In this document: positions 10,936 to 22,478 of the stretch, piece by piece
Numbering within the stretch: position 1 is the stretch's first letter
How the letters are laid out: each line of letters begins with the position of its first letter
From: Octopus bimaculoides
Lineage: Eukaryota
Length of the DNA stretch: 34,098 nt
Reading direction: 5' to 3'
Assembly (NCBI RefSeq): GCF_001194135.2
Contig: NC_068989.1
Location: 40,872,254-40,906,351 of the forward strand
The notes under the pieces: generated by a model
Told to the model about the DNA's origin: nothing
Database searches by the model: none
The model's input: the letters and a program-made list of their open reading frames with translations, nothing else
Made by a program: the position numbers and the translations under genes

Positions 10936-12102
10936 TAGTAATTGAACTTTGACATACGGAAATTGTGTTAAGATGAGCATTATATAAAGTAAAAGTGTAC
11001 AAGCTGGAGATTACAGATTGAAGATTACAATGTGTTGATTACTGTTAGAAAGTATATGCAACATTAAATACGTTAGCAATTGGGAAAAAGTATAAAACTG
11101 TAAATTCTATCCACTATGCTGACAGCAAACTATATCAAAACATTAAAATGTTCTTTAATCTTGACATTTTGTCAAACATAAACATGAAATAAATAAAATG
11201 TGACACGTAACCTTTAGTGAAAGAACTTTTTTCTTTTTTCTATTCTTTGTTTAGTTAATCCTCAAAACATTGAAAGATTAAAAATAAAAATTTAAATAGT
11301 TAAAAATATTTATATAATTGCAAGAATCAGAATATCCAATTAAATGGTAGTGGAAGATGACTACTGTATTCAGATCATCACAGGAGAGTGATTTAACTGT
11401 TCAACGTTCACATGCAACACATATCATCCACATACATATACAAAAGTATTCACACATATGCTAACATATATATACACATATAAAGACATAATTGCACACA
11501 TATATGTGTGAGTGTGTGTTTTGTGTGTATACATATAGACATGCACATACACACATACATGCGAATACATTCATGAATAGATAGATAACTCTAAGCAAGG
11601 AGAGCGTACAACGTTTCGATAATCCTTGTTGCATGCAGTAACCTCCATTGCAGTTGGTAGAGCAAATAATTCAACCGGTCAACCCTGTTTGAGGGTTCTC
11701 TATTGACACAAACAAGAATCTGCGTAATGGAATGCTCTAAGCTGGAACTATATCAAAGATATATTCATTCTGCCTGAGATATATTGAATTCTTCACACAA
11801 TTGCTCCTGTATATAGTAATATTTGCAAACTTAATAATACTTCCTATATATANNNNNNNNNNNNNNNNNNNNNNNNNNNNNNNNNNNNNNNNNNNNNNNN
11901 NNNNNNNNNNNNNNNNNNNNNNNNNNNNNNNNNNNNNNNNNNNNNNCTGTATGTATGTTTGTACTTGCAATTATGCATGCCTATATTGGAGGAAAAGCTA
12001 GTTTCTAGCCTAGAAACAAGGGACTTTCAATGGCATTTAGTCATCAACAGAATAGTCTTATGGTTATGCATGGATATATGTGTGAATACAAGTGTATATC
12101 TA

Positions 12103-12900
12103 CAGGGTATGAAGGATGAATTTGACGATGTTTTGCGTCTCCTTGTTTTGTTCAGGAATAGTTTAATGTATTTGTGAACAGTGAACAGCGTTGGAGAGCA
12201 TAAAGATTAAAGATGGAATTGAGAAAGAACTTTGCTGAGACAGTGGGTCGGAAACTATCTGCATATTGAACAAGATATACCTGTATCATAACGATTTTCG
12301 CCGGGTATGAAAATGCCGATATCATGACTGCAGCTCAATGTTCTGCGAATAGAGTAAAGGTTATAGGATGTGGTATGGACAACTGCAACGCAGACTACGA
12401 ATCTGGGGCCAGCAGGAGGAGGAAACAACAGGCGTTCTGATTGTGTCCACACACCAGAATTTATTCCTACATCTTTGAACAGGGCCTTAAGCTCAATTCA
12501 AATTGCTATGTGAAACTACTGGACACTGAGGTTAATTCTTGGTTGGAGAGGATTGCTATTGGAAAGCCATACGTATAGCAGCAGAATTCAGCTCGTTGCT
12601 ATACTTGTGGAAAGAGTCAAAAGTGGTTTTCAGAGAATTTCTACGAATTAAACAACCCCAATATCTGGTCTCTTAATTCTCCCGATTGTAATCCAAAGAT
12701 TACTATGTGTTGGGTGAAGTTGAGAAAGACACCAACCGCTCTGGCTAAAACACCAAGGCCGAGATGATGGCCATGAACAAGATGTTCGAAGATCTACCCA
12801 GAGACTCAGTGAGGAGCGCATGTGCCAAGTTTCGAAGCCGTCTTGAGCCTGTGGGAAGAGCTGAAAGTGGCTTCTTTGAATAAACTCTTATCTCTCAATC
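12103..12900 (+). mobile_element. Tc1/mariner maT (DD37D-like) transposon relic, internally deleted
   Basis: Translation IFEQGLKLNSNCYVKLLDTEVNSWLERIAIGKPYV*QQNSARCYTCGKSQKWFSENF...IWSLNSPDCNP/DYYVLGEVEK...VRSACAKFRSRLEPVGRAESGFFE* (stop 12881-12883), with degenerate QDSAPxH and WPPNSPDLNP motifs. N-terminal piece near 12281-12460. TA|CAGGGT at 12101-12108 is a possible left end; no right TIR found. Confidence 0.8.
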
Positions 12901-13852
12901 ATAATTTAACTGATATTTTTGTATATTTTTTTCAAAACTTCTTTTTGGGAATGAGATAATGTCTATATGTTTGTGTTCTCTTAGAGATCTATACGTTTAT
13001 CATTCCTTAGATCATTATTTTTATATTGGCAATAAGTGTTTTCGTCTATGTTCAATAGTTTTTGTTCAATAGGTTTCGTTTGCTAGTTTATTTTAATGAT
13101 CTATGTTTCATAAGCTCTATATTTCTTAGGGTGACAATGTCAATTTTGATAAGATTTCTCCAGTTTTTATATGGTTTTTCGTTAGTTTTTATACTTATTC
13201 GTGTGCAACGATATATGTTTTGAAATTTTATGTTTGTATAACAATAAGCACACGTGATGGTCATGTTCCACTAACCTTTTGTTCCAGCTTCTTATCTTAT
13301 TCATTCCCAGGTATTATTTTAACGCCTTTGTTTACCTTCATCAATCCTGAGGAAATTTTTTTTAAAACTTAACAATTTATCTAGCACTTCATATGTACGA
13401 CCAATGACCTGTCAGTTTTCGTAATATATATTCATACCTCTGGTCATTTTCTGTTGTTTTCTTTTAGATGATTTTCCGTGCTTTTCGACAATATTATTCT
13501 CTATTTCTTCTGTATAGGTCAAACGTCTAAAGTTTGCTTTGAAGTCGTTAAAAAATAATGAGCTAATGACGGTTATGAAGTTGTTAAAAAATAATGAGCT
13601 AATGACGCACCTTCCAACAATCAAGTATAAGAGTCTATTTGTATCTTAGCGTGATAACTCATTAAGAAAAACTATAAATTTCTTGAAATTATCAACCCCT
13701 TCTCTTTTAAAGAATCGCTGAAAAACGCTGCCATCTTTTTTTAATTTTTCTTTCCGAGGCACAAATTTTTAAAAAGTTAAGAATTTATCATCTGTTGCCT
13801 TACATAGACGCAGCTGCATCTGTCTTTCATAACCCATGTGTATGAAGGGTGG

Positions 13853-13941
13853 GGTAAGTGTCTTCTACAATAACCCCATGCTGAACAAAGCCTTGTGAGA
13901 GAACTTAGTAGAAGAAGACTGAAAGAAGCCCGTCATGTTTG

Positions 13942-13978
<37 letters not shown>

Positions 13979-14167
13979 TTTGTCCACAACCACCACTTCA
14001 CAACAGGTGTTGGTATGTTTACATCCCTGTAGCTTAGCAGTTCAGCAAAAAAGCTCGTGAGAATAAGTGTCAGGCTTAACAAAAAGTAATAAGAGCTGGA
14101 ATCGATAAGTTCGATTAAAATTCTTCAAAGTAGTGTCCCGACATGGCCGTAGTCTAATGATTGAAAC
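13853..14167 (+). mobile_element. SINE family B, 5'-truncated, with internal (TG)n and 3' domain
   Basis: aagtgtcttctac...aaagccttgtgag...gactgaaagaagcccgtc as at 10460-10545, then the 3' domain shared with 18464-18677. A further 3'-end fragment lies at 14346-14402 after the gap. Confidence 0.8.
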
Positions 14168-14310
14168 NNNNNNNNNNNNNNNNNNNNNNNNNNNNNNNNN
14201 NNNNNNNNNNNNNNNNNNNNNNNNNNNNNNNNNNNNNNNNNNNNNNNNNNNNNNNNNNNNNNNNNNNNNNNNNNNNNNNNNNNNNNNNNNNNNNNNNNNN
14301 NNNNNNNNNN

Positions 14311-14348
<38 letters not shown>

Positions 14349-14558
14349 AAGGCAGTGCCCCAACATGGCCACAGTCTAATGACTGCCACAAGTAAAAGAT
14401 AATATATATATATATAAGCAACAGGATGTCAAGTAGTGATGCAGTACGACCGTTTCAAGCGGCTCCATTTAATTGAACAATGCAATCGTTACATCAATTT
14501 AAAGGCAGTGCCATTTTCAGCTGCATAAATAAATAAATAGGATTTTAACCAGTCCTTT

Positions 14559-14713
14559 AACCGGCCTTCCCCATTTTTAATATATACTCCTCTACATCTT
14601 AGCGTTTGCTTCTTCTTTCGGATTAATATATATTGTTTGAAAAAAACATTAATCCGAAAGAAGCACACTCTAAGATGTTGAGGAGTATATATTAAAAATG
14701 AGGAAGGCCGGTT
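14559..14713. repeat. Long near-perfect inverted repeat (foldback/MITE-like hairpin)
   Basis: Arm 14559-14627 pairs with arm 14648-14713 (about 4 substitutions and a 3-nt indel), with a 20-nt loop. Confidence 0.85.
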
Positions 14714-14822
14714 TATGGGATTACCTTAGGTTTCCTGTTCATAAAGGGTTTAGATTTATGGCGTGTCGTCAGGTCCCAAAATACATGCATACATATGCAC
14801 GGTCACATATACACATACATCC

Positions 14823-14855
<33 letters not shown>

Positions 14856-15141
14856 GGTGTGTGTGTAAGTATTTGTGTCTTTTGATAAACTAACAGAATA
14901 AATGTGCAAATTACAAATTTTTCTTTACAGCTATACACAGAGTTCTCTTAGGATCGCATCGCAGTGTATTTGTGCGCATGTGTAAATACTTTTATAAGCA
15001 TTCACGTGCACGTGAACGTTTGTGAATACATATGTGTGTGTGATTATGTGTGTGCGTGTGCACGCGCGCTCGTGTGTGTTACAATATTATTTCTTTGTTA
15101 TTCGTTTAAAGTTAACATAATCTTGCTCATATGTAGGGACA

Positions 15142-15378
15142 ACTCTTACTACTACTACCGCTGTTGCTGCCGCTGCTTGTACTAATACTAATGCAACTGC
15201 TGCTGCTTGTACTACTACTAGTGCTACCACCACCACCACCACCACTACCACCACTACTACTGCTGCTACAACTGCCACCACAGCACAGCCACTACAACTA
15301 CAACCATTACTAAAACCATCACCACCACTGTTGTTATTACTACAACTACTACTACTACCACCAATACTCCCACTACAA
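15142..15378. repeat. Trinucleotide low-complexity tract (ACT/ACC/GCT)n
   Basis: Directly visible. Confidence 0.9.
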
Positions 15379-15387
15379 TGTTTATTA

Positions 15388-15555
15388 AATATTCTTTCCT
15401 ACTCTAGGCACAAGGCTCGAAGTTTTGGGAGAGGGGCCAGTCGATTAGACGGTCCAGTACACAACTGGTACCTAATTGTATCGACCTCGAAAGGATGAAA
15501 GGCAAAGTCGACCTCGGCAGAATTTGAACTCAGAATGTAACAGGAGACGAAATAC
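15388..15555 (-). mobile_element. 3' remainder of the host SINE (family A) downstream of the insertion site
   Basis: Minus strand: agtatttcgtctcctgttacattctgagttcaaattc...core...aaaacttcgagccttgtgcctagagtaggaaagaatatt. Confidence 0.85.
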
Positions 15556-15722
15556 TGCTATTGCTCATAGAGGGGACAAACTAGGACAGACAGAGGGATT
15601 AACTCGATTACATCGACTCCAGTGTGTAACTGGTACTTATTTAATCGACCCCCGAAACGGTGAAAGGCAAAGTCGACCTCGGCGGAATTTGAACTCAGAA
15701 CGTAACGGCAGACGAAATACCT
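15556..15722 (-). mobile_element. Short SINE-core + Tx1-tail unit
   Basis: Minus strand: aggtatttcgtctgccgttacgttctgagttcaaattcc...atcgagttaatcc, then LINE-type tail ctctgtctgtcctagtttgtcccctctatgagcaata. Confidence 0.8.
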
Positions 15723-17342
15723 GTTTCTTTATTACCTATGCGGGCTAACATAGAGGTGACAAACAAAACACGTGGGACATAAGACATATATAAAAGATAG
15801 AAATGAATGTTATAATGTATGAAGACATGAAAATGATAAAATGGAAACGGAACCACTCGCCCCACTTACGAGTGGCCTCATTTTCTACTTTTTAAATCCT
15901 GAACCTTCCAACACATCGATACCTGTTTCCTCCAACCACCTATCGTACGTAGTAAAGTCTGGGAATGAGCTCCAGCTGTAGTCCACCTCCCAAAAATAAA
16001 ATCCAACCATATACTCTTGTATTTTTTCCTCTTGCTTCTTATCTGGTATTACACACGAGTGATGTTCCTCCACATTATCATACCCCGCAGTTCCAATACA
16101 CTTTATGTCCCATTCCGCCGTATCCCTTAACAGTTCGTCGCTAAGCAACATATAAATCCTACACTTTTTCCTTCTCTTTTTTGACTTGGGGGAGGGGTTT
16201 CTTTGTATGTGTTTGCCTCTTGTTTTTGTGTCGGATGGGAATGGATAGGCCTAGTGTCTGCAGGGAGTGGGTGGGTCTGAGAGAGTGTGGGTGGGATGGG
16301 TGTGGAATGTGGTTTTCAGTTTAGCTCACTTGCCTTTTTTCGTTTTTTTCCTGTTACATTTTCCCATTTATTTTTTTCCTATTTCCGCTTCTTCCTTTTC
16401 TTTTTTGGTTACTTCCGTATTTTCTAGTTGCTTTTTTCTTGGCTTTAATGTACATTCTGCTCTTATGTGTCCCTTCAGGCCACATTTAAAGCAATGTGGA
16501 ACTCTTCCTTCCACCCTGACAGTGATAATCATTTCTTCCATAATTATGGTTTCCGTAATATTTTCCGTCGTTTCTTTTGAACCTTGGACTATGATGTCCA
16601 GTGATTGGCCACTCCAGTTGACGCACTCTTTTTTCTTGGCCTGGAGCACCACTATGTCGTCCTCATTACCAAAGAGGACCGCATCTGCCACCCAGGTCAC
16701 ATCAATCTCCGGTGGGATTCCTTCAATCGTGACCCTTGTTGCTCTCATGCCTCTATACGTGGGCAAAAGCACCACTTCTTCGCTCCGAATTGTCGACGCT
16801 GCATGATTCCTTGCTGCTGCTGCATTACGAAACCTCACTTCCACTGTTCCAAACGTTGAACCTCTTGTCAGGTATATTATGTCTTTCCAAATCTGATTTA
16901 ACGCCTTTTCTACTTGTTCTGTCGTGACGACGTCTGTCCTTCCTTTATTTATCGAAAAGGTTCGATAGATTATCGACTTTTCCCTTATTCCGTTTTTAAC
17001 CTCTTTTCCCTTATTCCGTTTTTAACAGCTTCACTTCAAACCCATCTCGGTTCATTTCTTCTTTATGTCTTCCGAATTTCCTGACATCCACTTCTGCTTC
17101 CTTGCAACTTGCTACATCAGCAAAATTCCGCTTCCCTTTTATCAGTTTCTGGTCCATTGTCTTAACTGCCTCCAGCAGCTCCTCCTCGGACGATAACATG
17201 TCTGAGTAACTATAACTGTCTTCAGACAGCTGTCTCTTCTCTTACGAGAAGAGAAAGCTCAAACAAACTACACACGTAAACACCCAAACTGCTGCAAAGC
17301 AACACCAAAGCTGTTCAAAATCACTACGTATTAACTTCACCG
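15723..17342 (-). mobile_element. ORF1-only L1/Tx1-like non-LTR element (1620 bp) with 13-bp TSD
   Basis: Flanked by identical agacgaaatacct at 15710-15722 and 17343-17355. 3' tail with AATAAA (15728-15733). Gag-like ORF1 with CCHC knuckle; no APE or RT sequence seen. Confidence 0.85.
16368..17199 (-). pseudogene. Tx1-like ORF1 (nucleic-acid binding, zinc knuckle), frameshifted
   Basis: MLSSEEELLEAVKTMDQKLIKGKRNFADVA... / GIREKSIIYRTFSINK...IWKDIIYLTRGSTFGTVEVRFRNAAAA...RVEGRVPH-CFKCGLKGHIRAEC (CX2CX4HX4C at 16452-16493). Homologous to 21430-22130. Confidence 0.85.
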
Positions 17343-17585
17343 AGACGAAATACCTATTTCGTTATTGCCCACAAGGGGCTAAACATAGAGGGAACAAACA
17401 AAAACAGACGAACGGATTAAGTCGATTACATCGACCCCAGTGCGTAACTGGTACTTAATTTATCGACCCCGAAAGGATGAAAGGCAAAGTCGACCTCGGC
17501 GGAATTTGAACTCAGAACGTAACGGCAGACAAAATACCGCTATGCATTTCGCCCGGCGCGCTAACGTTTCTGCTAGCTCGCCGCC
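17343..17585 (-). mobile_element. SINE family A head + core + Tx1-type tail
   Basis: Minus strand: ggcggcgagctagcagaaacgttagcgcgccgggcgaaatgcatagcggtattttgtctgccgttacgttctgagttcaaattcc...atcgacttaatcc, then gttcgtctgtttttgtttgttccctctatgtttagccccttgtgggcaataacgaaat. Confidence 0.9.
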
Positions 17586-17813
17586 TTGCTATGTTTATTA
17601 AATATTGAATTGTACACTCGTTTAGATGTTTAGCTGTTGATATAATGTAATTATCTTATCCCTAGCTGCTATGTATGTACGGGTATCCGTGCAATCCATT
17701 CCTTTGCATATTTTCTGTTATCCTTTATATGCTGGCTTAGCTTCCGTACATACATTGACATACATGCGAACGTATGTATGCATCTGTCAGTGTGTGCGAC
17801 TGTGCGCGCTTGT

Positions 17814-17877
<64 letters not shown>

Positions 17878-18463
17878 NNNNNNNNNNNNNNNNNNNNNNN
17901 NNNNNNNNNNNNNNNNNNNNNNNNNNNNNNNNNNNNNNNNNNNNNNNNNNNNNNNNNNNNNNNNTTTTATTAATAAATAATTCAAAAATAAATGTTTTAT
18001 ATAATTTCAACGTTATCCTTTATCTAGGCTATACGTGTAGATCTTAGCATTAGATTTCTAAGAATAAAACACTTTTTTCTTTTTTTTTTCCTTATCTTTA
18101 TCTTTTCTGAGTTGATTAATTTCATTTTAATTTTGCGTTTTCATATAAAGTTATTAAGGGTTGGTGAAGGCTTACATCTGATTAAGATGAACAATTGCTT
18201 TTTTAATGTTTTAATAGATTTAACACACGCTGAATATAAATATGCCTCTTTAATATGCTTATATTTGGATGCATAAGACACATACACAAGAAATAGTGGT
18301 ACAACAAAGCACTAATGTTTGCCGGAAATAGCAGTCGATAACGATATGACGCTATGTAAAGCCTCGTGTATAAATATATATGTTTGTGTGTGTGTGTATG
18401 TGTGTGTGTATGTATGTATGTATGTGTATGTATATATAGATATGTGTGTGTATATGTTTGTGT

Positions 18464-18788
<325 letters not shown>

Positions 18789-18789
18789 G

Positions 18790-21100
18790 TTAAGGTAGAG
18801 GTTCAAGTTCTGATTAGTTGTAGATTTAGTGACGTCACTTGTTTTTGTCTGCCAATGGTATAATCGTTTGGCTGGCTGACTGCCTGAATATGTCATTTGT
18901 TTTTCGAATGTATTTTTCACATATTTTGGTTTCGCAGAAATCCAGCGTTCTAGCTGGTTTACTTCCTGGAGACATAATTCGTTTGTCGACTGTTTTGATC
19001 ACTTGGTTTTGACCAGTAGAGAACTAATACTCTGGCTGTTTGATTTTCTGCATCCGTCATTTGTGTTTTGAAAGGACTTGATAACCTGTTTTTAATCTGA
19101 CGGTCGTCCAACGTTCCGGTTGTTTATTTGTTTTTCCCTGAGGGTTCGGTTTTGACCAGAAAAAATCTAATCGGTTAAGCCTAGAGTGATGTCAGCAACT
19201 GGTGTTTGAAAATGTGCAAGGTGTTATTGTACAGAAGTTTCAAGTTAGAGTTTCGAAACCTGGAGGCAGCCCGTTACTTCAACATTTTATCAATGGTCGT
19301 TGCTTTTAGTCGTTTCTCGTGAAAAAATTGAGTTGTTTCCTTATTGTGGCGTATTGTGATTTATATTTATTTATGTTTAGTTGTGGTTTATAGTTCTTAA
19401 TAAGCATATTTTCCTTACTCAATCGAAATTGTGGAGGCACATGGTCGAGTGGTAAGAGCAGCGAACTCAGGGTCGAGAGATTGTGGGTTCGAATCTCAGA
19501 CCAGGTGGTGTGTGTGTTTATGAGCGAAACACCCAAGCTCCACATGGCTCCGGCAGAAGATAATTGCGAACCTCTACTGACTGTTTCACCACAACTTTCA
19601 CTCACTCTTTTCTCCTGCATCTATCAGCTCACATGTGACGGACCGGCGTCCCCTCCTGGTGCGGAACCTATGCACCAATGAAACCGGGAACCCGGCCCTT
19701 ATGAGCCAAGCATGACTCAAGAAGGAATAAACAATCGAAATTGGTTTGAAGTGTTTCCAGTGCATTGATATAGAGGGAAAGATTGCTATACTAGATATTC
19801 GTTTTCGGGTGTTTACTTACGGAAATTTTCCTAGTTGTGAGATGCCGAATCTGTTGCCAGCGTACCGTCACTCTATCACTCAAAGTCAAGCTCTTAACCC
19901 GCACCATATTTTCCTCATTTGAAAATATAAATTAAGTTCCTTGATGCACACGTGAAATGATTTTATTATGGTTAATGTTTGCCTTGGCTTGAATGTTGAA
20001 CCTTCCATAAAATTGATACATGTTCCACAATTAGGACGGTTGAATTTTTTGACTATCGCGATTGAATTTTTGGTGTGTAATTTGGTGCTAACCTTTTTAG
20101 AGACTTGGGAAGGAATACCCTCTTTCTCATCGCAGTCCCAGATATTCATCTGTAGGGGCTGTCATTGAAGCTAAACAAGTTATTTTGTAGGAGGAAATTT
20201 ATTCCTTCACTGACAAACACTTTCCCAATTCGGTCAGGTATGTCATTTGGAATTTTTTCCAGCCAGAATATTATAGCATCTATTCCTTATCCGTGTTAAA
20301 TCGAGGTGTAGAGATTTATTACATCGAATGAGACTAAAAGATAGTCCATGCTGGTTTTGCTCGGAAGATTGTTTAAAAAGTTTAAGTCATCTCTTATGAA
20401 GCTCGGTATATGTCTAAGAATGGGTTTTAGAAGAATCTCAATGAAGTTACTAAGTCTATGTGTCTCACAGGACGGACATATCACAATTGGTCTCATTTTG
20501 AGATCTCTGTGATGTAACATATGACGTTCATCTGCTAGAAGCTTCATTTATGGATTCACTCTTGAAAGTCCGTAAAATGTGATGGTTGTGCAGTCAAATC
20601 TTGTTAAGTAATCGGTTTCCTTTTCCGTTAAATCCTTTTAGAACTGTTATATGAGGGTAGTGAGCTTCTTCATTATTTTGGATTGTTGTTAGTTGTTAAC
20701 TTTTTCAGAATAAATGTTGTCGCGAAGAAGAGCTAGTGAAGCGTTCATGTATTGTGTCTTGTCCATAATAACTACCGCACTACCTTTATCAGCTTCTTTA
20801 ATAATTATATTTTGATCAGCCTTGAAATCATTGATGATTTCCCATTTTTCTTGGTTTGTATTTGATTAAAATTTCGAATGTGATAGCAAGTTATAGGGAG
20901 AATTGTTTACAAAATCACAAAATTTGACCAGAGTTTTGCTGTAGGGAATTAGTATTAATAGTCACTATAAGTAAAGAGAAGTACGTGAAGTACCAGTAAG
21001 TAGTAGCCGATCGTGTTGTTTGTTGATTGCTGTTGAACTAATATCTTTGTGTGGAACACATGCGTTCTGCTGTCTTGCGGCGGTATTGTTCGACGTCTTC
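18790..21100 (-). mobile_element. Penelope-like element relic A (RT N-terminal half + GIY-YIG), internally deleted, SINE-interrupted
   Basis: Minus-strand motifs IIIKEADKGSAVVIMD; MRPIVICPSCETHRLSNFIEILLKP...LLVSFDVINLYTSI; GIDAIIFWLEK...FLLQNNLFSFND; GTAM. These join directly to RPNCGTC and a degenerate GIY-YIG region (TLSDRVTVRWQQI...LSKENMLIKNYKPQLN). Boundaries approximate. Confidence 0.85.
19432..19731 (+). mobile_element. tRNA-derived SINE (family C), full length with 12-bp TSD
   Basis: TSD caatcgaaattg at 19420-19431 and 19732-19743. A box tggtcgagtgg, B box ggttcgaatct. Confidence 0.9.
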
Positions 21101-21429
21101 CCTCTTGTTTGATGGGAGAACATCGAGCTAGTTCCATTCATTGTAGTCGGTGAGTTTATGCTGGTTCATTTTTCTATTCAAAATTGGATTAAGTTGTTAT
21201 TTGCTGTTGTTATACCGTAAGGTATTGTTAATTTGTTAAATTGTTGGTTGAAAATTTTTCCTCCTTACGGGCGTTGTTAAAAAGTTTTGTGCCTCCCCCA
21301 CGGGGGAAGGATTCGGTCTCACTTTGAATGCTGTGTAAATTTTTTCTTAAAAATAATATTCTCGTTGGGGGAATATTCCAAATAATTTTTGAGGGGAAAA
21401 AAACATACAACAGGGAATTAAATTCAACA

Positions 21430-22478
21430 ATGGAGTTAACGTTTAATACGGAAGTAAAAAGAAATTATGCTGAAATAATGAATGTCACATCAAAACGAAA
21501 GCGTATGAAAAACGGAATACCAAGCTTCTTACGGCATGCTTGCAACTGATGGGGAAGATGTTCATATCTCTCCACCAAGTGAAATAACACTGCAAAGAAA
21601 CGACAGAACTATTGTGTATAAATGCTTCAATGTTTCACAGAAAAAATCTCGAAAAGGAGAAAATTGAAAAGTGTCTCGGACGGATCTGGAACAATATTAC
21701 GTATGTGTCCCGAGGCAAAAGGTTTGCCTCTATTGAGGTAAGGTTTAGAAACGCTGAAAAAGCGAAGGAACATTCAGTGACAACGCTTAAAAAAAAGGAA
21801 GTGGTTCCACTCCTCTCATATTTGGGACGTAGAACGTCCAGGATCAGAATTGAAGGCGTACCACCATAAGTTGACGTGAAGTGGATCATTGTGGTGATCT
21901 ACTACGGCAGAGAGGACAAATTCAATATCTTACAAACAACACGCTCTACCCACGAAAATTGTTTAGGACAGAGCGTAGAAATCTTAGTACAAGTAACAAC
22001 GGCTAACCTAGAAGAAATCCTTGGCCGTATAGTGATTGGGGAAGACATTATAGTTAAGATACATGTTGAGGGGGAAAAAGCTGCGCGGCTACAAATGTGA
22101 CAAAAAGGGCCACATAAGAGCAGAATGCGGCCCTCGAAAAGAAAAAGAAGACCGCACCTCGACCACAGAAAATGCGGAGGAGAAAGCTGAAGAAAGACAA
22201 AGGAAAAAAAAAAAGAGACTAAAGAACAGAAGAAAAGTGAAAAGAAAGTTGTGACAAGTGAAGTTCCCTCTCCAGCAGACAACATGGAGGTCGTCATAAC
22301 AAAGGAGGAATTCATGGAAATGATGCAAAAGAGACCAAAAAGACAGTTTGTGTCATCCAATCCCTTCCAACCCACTACATCCACAAAAAACGTAGCACAG
22401 CACCCAAAACATAAAAACTCTGTCCCCTTAACCATACGACCCCAGCAGATAGGACCACACTGGTCAAATTCGATTTAA
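21430..22478 (+). pseudogene. Tx1-like ORF1 with degenerate zinc knuckle
   Basis: MELTFNTEVKRNYAEIM... / IWNNITYVSRGKRFASIEVRFRNAEKAK...RIRIEGVPP*VDVKWI... / GYKCDKKGHIRAEC (22087-22128, first Cys replaced by Gly). Several stops and frameshifts. Confidence 0.85.

Noticed and set aside
15087-15378. Thr- or Val-rich mucin-like reading frames
   Set aside because: Pure trinucleotide low complexity without convincing splice or start context.
16267-16806. 179-aa plus-strand hydrophobic ORF (and the 177-aa minus ORF at 21902-22435)
   Set aside because: Antisense shadows of the purine-rich Tx1-like ORF1 sequences.
15388-17585. CRISPR-like interpretation of the repeated agacgaaatac motif and tandem units
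   Set aside because: Eukaryotic context, spacers are homologous SINE sequence, no cas genes; explained by TSDs and retroposition.
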